A DNA stretch of 24,918 bases from an uncultured Candidatus Rokubacteria bacterium. Lineage in GTDB: Bacteria > Methylomirabilota > Methylomirabilia > Rokubacteriales > DASRDR01. The position numbers and the translations under genes are program-made. Positions within the stretch are counted from its first letter, which is position 1; each line of letters opens with the position of its first letter. Where the stretch lies: assembly GCA_963805625.1 (NCBI GenBank), contig CAWDVE010000002.1, positions 1 through 24,918 of the forward strand, given 5' to 3'. The notes beneath the pieces are model-generated. The model had not been told where the DNA came from. It worked only from the letters and a program-made list of their open reading frames with translations, and did no database searches. This document shows positions 17,913-24,918 of the stretch, in pieces.

Positions 17913-19633
17913 CAGGCTCATGACGAGGCAGGGCATGGCGCGCAGCTCGACCTCGAAGCGCTCCCAGTAGGCCTTCTCGAAGGCGGCCGAGAGCTCCTCT
18001 CGCTTGAAGTCGGTGCGGGCGATGGGCACGGTGAGCACGTGGGTCTGCCCGGCGAACTGCATGTCGGCCTCGTGCCGGACGGTGACCGTCTCGATCTCGA
18101 CGCCCTCGGCCGCGAGCAGGGTCCGGCCGCGCTCGATCTGGTCGGCGAAGACCGTGCGGGCGGCGCCGACGTCCATGCGCAGGAGGTCCTGGTTGATCGT
18201 CTTCACGAAGTCGGGGCGCACATCGGCCACCAGACACCCCAGGGCCGAGGTGATCCCGGGACGCGTCGGCACCAGCACCCTGGGGATGGCCAGTTCGCGG
18301 GCCAGGGCGGCGGCGTGCAGCGGGCCGGCGCCGCCGAACGCGAACAGGACGAAATCGCGCGGGTCGTACCCGCGCTGCAGCGACACCAGGCGGATGGCGC
18401 CGGCCATCTTGTCATTGGCCACGCGCACGATGGCGGCGGCGACCTCCTCGGGACCCAGGCCGAGATGGGCGCCGATCTTCTTGTCGAGGCGGTCGCGCAC
18501 CGCGGCGAGCTGCGCGGCGCCCTCGACGCCGAGGAGTCCGGCGGGGTTGAGCCGCCCGAGGAGCAGGTTGGCGTCGGTGGTCGTCGGCTCCTCGCCGCCC
18601 CGCCCGTAGCAGATCGGCCCGGGCTCGGCCCCCGCGCTCTGCGGTCCGACCTGGAGGATGCCGGCCGAGCTCACGCGGGCGATCGAGCCGCCCCCGGCGC
18701 CGATCGTGTGGATGTCGATCATCGGCACGCGGACCGGCAGGCCGTAGCCCATCTCCTTGTCGGCGCTGATGGTGGGACGACCGTCGCGGATGACCCCCAC
18801 GTCGAAGCTGGTGCCGCCCATGTCACAGCTGATGACGTCGCGGTATCCCGCCGCCGCGGCGGTGTAAGCGGCGGCCTTCACCCCGGCCGCCGGCCCGGAC
18901 ATGAGCGTGTTGACGGCATGGCGCGCCGCCACCTCGACCGACATGGTGCCACCGTTGCCTTGCATCACCAGGAGCTCGCGCCGGTAACCCTGTCGCGCCA
19001 GCTCGCCGGCAAGGCGCCGGAGATAGCGATCGATGATCGGCTGCACGAAGCCGTTGAGCCCACCGTCACGTACGGGTTCGGCCACGACGTGGCCACCAGA
19101 TCGCGGACCCGACGCTCGTGACCGTCGTTGAGATAGGCGTGGATGAAGTGGATGACGAGGGTCTCGACGCCCTGCGCGCGGAGCGACTCGGCGGCGCGGC
19201 GCACCTCGCCCTCGTCGAGCGCGATGACCACCTGGCCCTCGGCGTCGACCCGCTCGGTCACCTCCAGGCGCAGCTCGCGCGGGATGAGGGGCTCGAACGT
19301 GCCCTTGAGGCCGTACGGCGTGGGTCGCGTGCGCCGGCCAAGCTCGAGTACGTCGCGGAAGCCGCGCGTGGTGATGAGGCCCGTGCGGGCGCCCTTGCGC
19401 TCGAGCAGCGCGTTGGTGGCCGTCGTGGTGCCGTGCACGATCACCCGGAGTTGGCTTGGCGCGACCGAGGCCTCGCGGAGCGCGGCGAGGACGCCGCCGG
19501 CCTGGTTCCGGGCGGTGGTGGGCACCTTGGCGACGCGGACGTCGCCGCCGGCCTCGTCGACGAGCACGAGATCGGTGAACGTCCCGCCCACGTCGCCGCC
19601 GACGAGCGTGGTCTCGCCCGGCTGTCGACTCAC
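17910..19633 (-). pseudogene. Hydantoinase A / 5-oxoprolinase family; internal frameshifting deletion and 3' truncation
   Basis: DVGGTFTD, HGTTTATNALLERKG, SGPAAG, DMGGTSFD, GAGGGSIA. YVTVGS is joined out of frame to LNGFVQP near 19057; the gene runs into the AKR fragment. Confidence 0.9.
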
Positions 19634-19670
19634 AACAGCATCTCGATGGCGGACGAGACCAGAAGGAACT

Positions 19671-19768
19671 GAAGCTGGGCGGTCCAAAGTCAGTTTCCTG
19701 CCTCCCTCGCCGGCCCCGCCGTCAGCCCAGTGGGCGCATTCCCAGGGTGCCGGGACTCTAGCGCGCGG
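19671..19768 (-). repeat. ~97 bp conserved non-coding element, copy 2
   Basis: Homologous to 12667-12763; ends ~38 bp before the hydantoinase GTG. Confidence 0.8.
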
Positions 19769-20005
19769 CAGGCCGGACCGAACCTCGCCTGGGGGGGAGT
19801 TCTCCGTGTGGCACCGGGGGCACTGCCTGCCAGGCCCTCCAGTGCGCCAAAGGCTAGTCCGGTGGAGAGGGGGCGTCAAGCATGGAAGCCGCCGGAACAG
19901 CCTGGGCGCTGATTCCGAGCCATTGACACCATCCTGCATCCGATGTGACACTCAACCACCAACCGCTCCCCGAGCGCTCGAGTGCCGAGGCTGCAGGACA
20001 CCGCC

Positions 20006-21354
20006 ATGCGCGTCCAGTTCTGGGGCACCCGCGGCTCCCTGGCGAAGCCGGGCCCGACCACGCTGCAATACGGCGGCAACACCGCGTGCGTGGAGGTGCG
20101 CACGGCCAACGGGACACTCATCGTTCTGGACTGTGGGACCGGCGCGCATGGCCTGGGGCTCGCGCTCGCGGCGGCGGCCGAGCAGCCTGTGCGCGGTCAC
20201 CTCCTGATCACGCACACGCACTGGGACCACATCCAGGGTTTCCCGTTCTTTGCGCCCCTCTTCGTCCGCGGCAACGAGTGGGACATCTACGCGCCCGGCG
20301 GGCTCGGTCAGCAGCTCGAGGTGACACTGGCGGGGCAGATGGAGTACACGTACTTCCCGATCACCCTCTCGCAATGTGGCGCGGCGATCCGATTCCATGA
20401 TCTGGGCGAGGGCAGCTTCGAGATCGGGGCGCTGCGGGTCACCCCACGGTACCTGAATCATCCGGCGCTCGCCCTCGGCTACCGGCTCGACGTGGACGGC
20501 GCCGTCGTCGTGTACGCCGTGGATCACGAGCCTCACACGCGCGACCCTGCTGGCCCCGCCCCCGGCGCCCGAGGTCGGTCACCCACGCATCGGGAGGATC
20601 AGCGGCATGTGGACTGGCTTGCCGGGCGGACCTGGTCATCCACGACGCGCAGTACACGGTGGAGGAGTATTCCCGACGGATGAACTGGGGCCACACCCCC
20701 GCCGAGTGGGCGGTGGACTACGCCGTGGCCGCGGGCGCCAAACGCCTGGCCCTCTTTCATCACGACCCACAGCGCGATGACGCGGCGCTCGATCGGCTCC
20801 TGGAGGTGTGCCGCCAGCGCGCGGCCGACAGCAGCCTGGACGTCCTGGCGGCGGCCGAGGGGCAGGTCGTGGAGCTGGCGAGGAGAGGGATCGACGCCGT
20901 CCGTCCCGAGGGGCCGGCCGCCTCCGTCGTCCCGGCGGGAATCTCGCCCGCAGGGGCCGCCACCATCCTGATCGCCGACGACGATCCCACGATCGTCCGG
21001 CTCCTGACCCTCACCCTCGCGCCGCAGGGCTTCCGGCTGCTGACGGCCAGCGACGGGGAGACGGCGCTTCGCATGGCCCGCGCGGAGAGACCTGCACTCG
21101 TCCTCCTCGACTGGCAGATGCCCGGCGCCGACGGCATCGCGGTCACGCGTGCGCTGCGCGCCGACACCGACGCCGACCTGCGCGACGTGCCCGTCGTACT
21201 CATCACGGGCTTGGCGGGCGGCGAGAATGCCGCGATGGGCTTCGAGGCGGGGGTGACGGACTACCTCACCAAGCCGTTCCAGCCGTCGCACGTGCGGACG
21301 CGCGTGCGGACCTGGCTGCTGCGACGCGGCACGGGCCCCCGTGGCGGGAGGTGA
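20006..21354 (+). pseudogene. MBL-fold metallo-hydrolase fused to a C-terminal receiver domain; single -1 frameshift near 20625
   Basis: FWGTRGS, YGGNTAC, THTHWDH, DHE, then in another frame DLVIHDAQY, WGH, FHHDP and REC motifs IADDD, LLDWQMP, YLTKPF. One missing G in GCCGGGCGGAC restores the frame; this could be a sequencing error. Confidence 0.85.
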
Positions 21355-21357
21355 CGG

Positions 21358-22029
21358 GAACATCTTCAGGAGGTCCTCGTCGGGCTCGCGGATCTCGGGG
21401 CTGAAGAACTCCATCACCCCGAGGAACCCGGCGGGGCCCACGATCGGGAAGCCGAACGCTCCGTGGAGCCCCTCCTTGGCCGCGTACCGGGCGCGCGGGA
21501 AATTCGAATCCTTGACGACATCCGGAATCCAGGCGGCCGTGCCGCTCTTCCACACGCGCCCCGGCAGGCCCACCCCGGGGGAGAAGGTCACGCGACGGTT
21601 CACGCCCACGAACTCGTCCAGAGCGCGGGGCGGCGCGATCCACATCTCGACACAGCGCAGCACGTTCGCCTCGGGGTCGACGCTCCAGCGCGCGCCCATG
21701 ACCCAGTCCAGGCTCTCCCCGACGGCCTGGAGGATCCGCGGCATCGCCTCCGCGAGGCTCCCCGCCTCGGCCAGGATGTGGGTCGTCGCGTACTGGGCGG
21801 CCAGCCGTGTCTCGCCCGCCTTGCGCTGGCGCTCCGCGCGGTTCAGCGTGCGAGCGGTGACCCAGATGAGGATGGTGAAGAGCAGAATGGTCAGCACCAC
21901 CACGGCGGCGAGATCGACCGCCGTGCCCATGAACCCGGCTCGCTCGGCGACATGCCTTAGCCAGCCGAGGCCCGGCGGGATGAAGATCGCGGCCGGAAGG
22001 AGCCGCCGTGCGAGGACGCCCCCCGCCTC
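21358..22029 (-). pseudogene. Hybrid histidine kinase, piece B (2 TM + GAF)
   Basis: [16 protein letters not shown]...GLPGRVW...FGFPI...MEFFSPEIREPDEDLLKMF; open frame with no start or stop of its own. Confidence 0.85.
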
Positions 22030-23912
22030 GAGAGCGCCATCGCCCCCAGCATGGCGCTCAACGACTTGAGCGCATGGGCCGCCTGTCGCATCCCTGACGC
22101 ATCGTTCCGGGCGGCGGCGTCCCGCAGCGCGGCCAGGAACCGCGGGGTTCCGTCGACGAACGCGGCGATGACCTGGCGCAGTCCCTCGGCCCCGCCGAGC
22201 TCGGCCTCAAGCTCACGCAGCACGCGGTGATCGAGCGTGGCCGAGCTCGAGGACACCGCCGTCGACGGCTCGGTCGTGCCGCGGCGGCTCGTGACGGGCG
22301 GACACTGGGCCAGGGCGCGGCCCAGCCGGTCCAGGCCGACAGGCTTCACGACGTAATCGTCCATGCCGGCGGCGAGGCACGCCTGGCGGTCCCCCTCCAT
22401 CGCCTCGGCCGTCATCGCGATGATCCGGGGACGCTCTCCGGCGGGCCATCGCTCGCAGATGGCCCGCGTGGTCTCGAGGCCGTCCATCTCCGGCATCTGG
22501 ACGTCCATGAGAATCACGTCATAGGCGGATCCCGAGAGCCGCGCGAGCACTTCGCGCCCCGAGGCCGCCAGGTCCGCGTGGTGGCCGAGCCGCTCGAGGA
22601 GCCGCAGGGCCACCTGCTGGTTCGCGGGATTGTCTTCCGCCACCAGGACCCGGAGCGGAACCGGCGCCGGGCGGTCCCGAGACGGACCGGGAGGCGCCGG
22701 CGCCGAGCCCGGGCGCCCGCCGAGGATCTCGCAGAGCCGGTCCTGGAGCATCGAGAGCCTCACGGGCTTGGACAGCACGGCCGTGAAACCCACCTCCCCA
22801 AGCTCGACGGGGAGGGTCTGTCCGATCGACGACAGCAGGATGAGCGGAACTGAACGGGCTCCCGGGAGCTGGCGGATCGCCTTGGCCAGGGCGATCCCGT
22901 CCATCCCCGGCATCTGGTAGTCCACCAGGGCGAGGTCGTAGGGATCGCCCTGTCGGATCCACTCGAGCGCCTGGGTCGGCGAATCCGTCTGGCGGGCCCG
23001 GAGACCCCACTTCTCCACCTGGAACTGGAGGATCCGGCGGTTGGTTCGATTGTCGTCCACGATCAGAACCCGCTTCCCGGCCAGTACGGACGCGCGACCC
23101 GGCGCGGGAGCGGCCGCGGGGGGCGGGGCGGACTCGGCGACGATCGTGACGTGGAACGTGGACCCCTTGCCGACGTCGCTCTCGAGCCAGATGCGCCCCC
23201 CCATGAGTTCCGCAAGCCGCTTGGAGATGGCGAGGCCGAGGCCGGTTCCGCCGTAGCGGCGGGTCGTCGACGCGTCCACCTGGCTGAAGGACTGGAACAG
23301 GCGATCGAACCGATCCGAAGCGATCCCGATGCCAGTGTCGCGGACGGCGAAGTGGACCTCATGCCGCTCGCCCCCGAGCGGCATAGCGGAGACGTTGACG
23401 TCGACCTCGCCGGCGGGCGTGAACTTGACGGCGTTGCTCAGGAGGTTCACCAGGATCTGCCGGACGCGCGCGGCATCGCCGATGAGCACGGCCGGGACCG
23501 AGTCCTCCACGAGGTAGGTGAGCTCCAGGCGCCTCTCCTGGGCCTTCGGGGCGACCAGCTGTACGGACTCCTCGACGCAGACCAGGGGCCCGAACGGCGC
23601 CTGCTCCAGATCGAGCCTCCCCGACTCGATCTTGGAGAAGTCCAGGATGTCGTCGATGATTGCCAGCAGGTGGTCGCCGCTGGCCCGAATCGTCTCGGCG
23701 AACTCCCGCTGCCGGCCGTCCAGCGCGGTGTCCAGGAGCAGGCTCCCCATCCCGATGATCGCGTTCATCGGCGTCCTGATCTCATGGCTCATGTTGGCGA
23801 GGAATTCGGACTTGGCCCGCGTGGCCGCTTCGGCGGCGATCCGGGCACGCTCGAGCTCGGCCTCCGCCCGTTTCCGTTCGATGAACTGGCCGACCTGGCC
23901 GCCGACGCCGTC
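22029..23912 (-). pseudogene. Hybrid histidine kinase, piece C (HisKA-HATPase-REC-REC-most of Hpt)
   Basis: [14 protein letters not shown]...[33 protein letters not shown], two receiver domains, [17 protein letters not shown]. Confidence 0.92.
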
Positions 23913-24019
23913 GACCGAGTGCGGGGAGTTCGAGCGCGTCAGCCGAGCGGGGACCGTCGTCGATGCCGTTGCCGTGGCGGCGATCGAGACCCTCTACCGC
24001 GCCGCCGCCCGCGCCTTCG
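23911..24019 (+). pseudogene. Hybrid histidine kinase, piece D (last Hpt helices), inverted
   Basis: [36 protein letters not shown] continues piece C in frame through a shared TCGA. Confidence 0.75.
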
Positions 24020-24668
24020 TCACCACCCGCATCAGGCCCTGGTCGGGACGCGCGCAGAGGGTCCCGACGCTGAGCGCGAGGAACGCGAGCGCCGTCGGCA
24101 GCGCCATCGGAATGTAGCGGGCGACGCCGTAGAGTTCGCCCACGCCGTACACGTACCCGAGCACGGAGGTCAGGGCGACTGCGGCGGGGGCGAGGACGAG
24201 GACCTGGGCCGGCCGGTAGCGGCGCCGCGGCTCCCAGTCGAGGAGGCCGAGCGCCGCGCCGAGGAGGAGGAAGCCGAGCCCGGTGTTGGGCGCGATCCGG
24301 TTGCCCCCGAGGCGGGGACGGAAGAGGATCTGGTCCAGCCCGAGGTTGGCGCCGATCGCGTACCCGGCCAACGTGACGGCGCCGATCAGCGCCAGGACGA
24401 CGGCCGCCACCCGTGCGGCGCGGCCGAACCCGGAGCCCCGGGCGGACGCGAACGGCAGGGACAGCCACAAGGCGACCGCCGCCAGCACAAAGCCGAGCGC
24501 CGTCAGTGGGTTCATGGCGACCCGGCCCGGCAGGATGCTGGTGAGGACGGCGACGTCGAGCTGCCATCCGAGGAGGACCGCCCCGCCGCCCAGGACGCCG
24601 AGCACGCTCGCCGCCCGTGACACGGCCAGGAGCCGCGAGACTCGGCGCGCGTCGACGACCGGCTTCAT
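24018..24668 (-). pseudogene. Hybrid histidine kinase, piece A (N-terminal multi-TM sensor)
   Basis: AMNPLTALGF, RIAPNTGLGF, PMALPTALAF repeats, ending RPDQGLMRVVT. This motif is normally followed by xxxAGGxxARRLLP, which starts piece B. Confidence 0.85.
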
Positions 24669-24878
24669 GGCGGCTTCATGGCTCGGCGGGAGCGCCGCGG
24701 GTCGACGGCCGAAGCAGAAGCTGCGCGCCTCGCCCCGGGCGCTGGCGGCGACGACTCCGCGTCCCCAGGTCCGACGTGAAGCCCCGGCCTAAGCTCCGAG
24801 CCACCCTCCACCGGAGCGGTGCCCGAACATAGATCGACTGTAGCCGGTCCTCGTAGGCGGCGCCGCCCCCCGACTGTG

Positions 24879-24918
24879 TGGTGAGCCGTGAAGGAATCGA
24901 ACCTTCAACCTGCCGATT
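24879..24918 (-). tRNA. tRNA-Lys-like 3' half at the window edge (att copy 4, or the 3' end of the intact tRNA)
   Basis: Reverse complement AATCGGCAGGTTGAAGGTTCGATTCCTTCACGGCTCACCA has a perfect T-stem and CCA. The anticodon and 5' half lie outside the window. Confidence 0.6.

Noticed and set aside
17379-19121. 580-aa plus-strand ORF, and similar long ORFs such as 2091-3083, 3365-4684, 5603-6784, 11641-12756, 15663-17078 and 23151-24620
   Set aside because: Shadow ORFs antisense to recognisable genes, as expected at high GC; no motifs.
19793-19826. QCPRCHTEN zinc-ribbon-like stub on the minus strand
   Set aside because: Resembles the start of double zinc-ribbon cyclase genes but is too short to support a feature.
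20599-21357. C-terminal half of the 443-aa minus-strand ORF as a real domain
   Set aside because: It is antisense read-through over the MBL-REC gene after the piece B breakpoint.
21957-23792. 611-aa ORF as a complete stand-alone cytoplasmic kinase
   Set aside because: It starts at the Met inside the H-box (NMSHE) and its Hpt is cut; it is piece C of the scrambled gene.
1-24918. CRISPR array or integron attC cassettes
   Set aside because: No regularly spaced short repeats, cas genes, intI, or paired RYYYAAC/GTTRRRY hairpins were found.

Overview
GC-rich (roughly 70% by eye) bacterial accessory region. The gene families suggest Ca. Rokubacteria/Methylomirabilota, but this is inference only. 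Four copies of the 3' half of tRNA-Lys(CTT) on the minus strand (4-25, 7057-7097, 9815-9859, 24879-24918) punctuate the window; two share a ~150 bp arm. This looks like a tandem array of tRNA-targeting islands, with only a remnant of a tyrosine integrase left. Apparently intact cargo: DJ-1/PfpI, DUF1326/DUF2182, a three-gene trypsin-like protease operon, isochorismatase, cupin, dienelactone hydrolase, catechol 2,3-dioxygenase plus ferredoxin, acyl-CoA synthetase, and a PqqD/RRE-Tat-Cys-rich peptide gene. Many other genes are fragments or carry internal deletions. Three observations stand out. (1) A ~1100-aa hybrid histidine kinase gene lies in four pieces in the order A, inverted D, C, B, with TCGA-like junctions and almost nothing lost. 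(2) An RRE-fused, Tat-signal, knottin-like peptide gene sits head-to-head with a MauE/thioredoxin gene. (3) A ~97 bp non-coding element is duplicated upstream of two unrelated catabolic genes. All calls come from reading the sequence; no searches were run.
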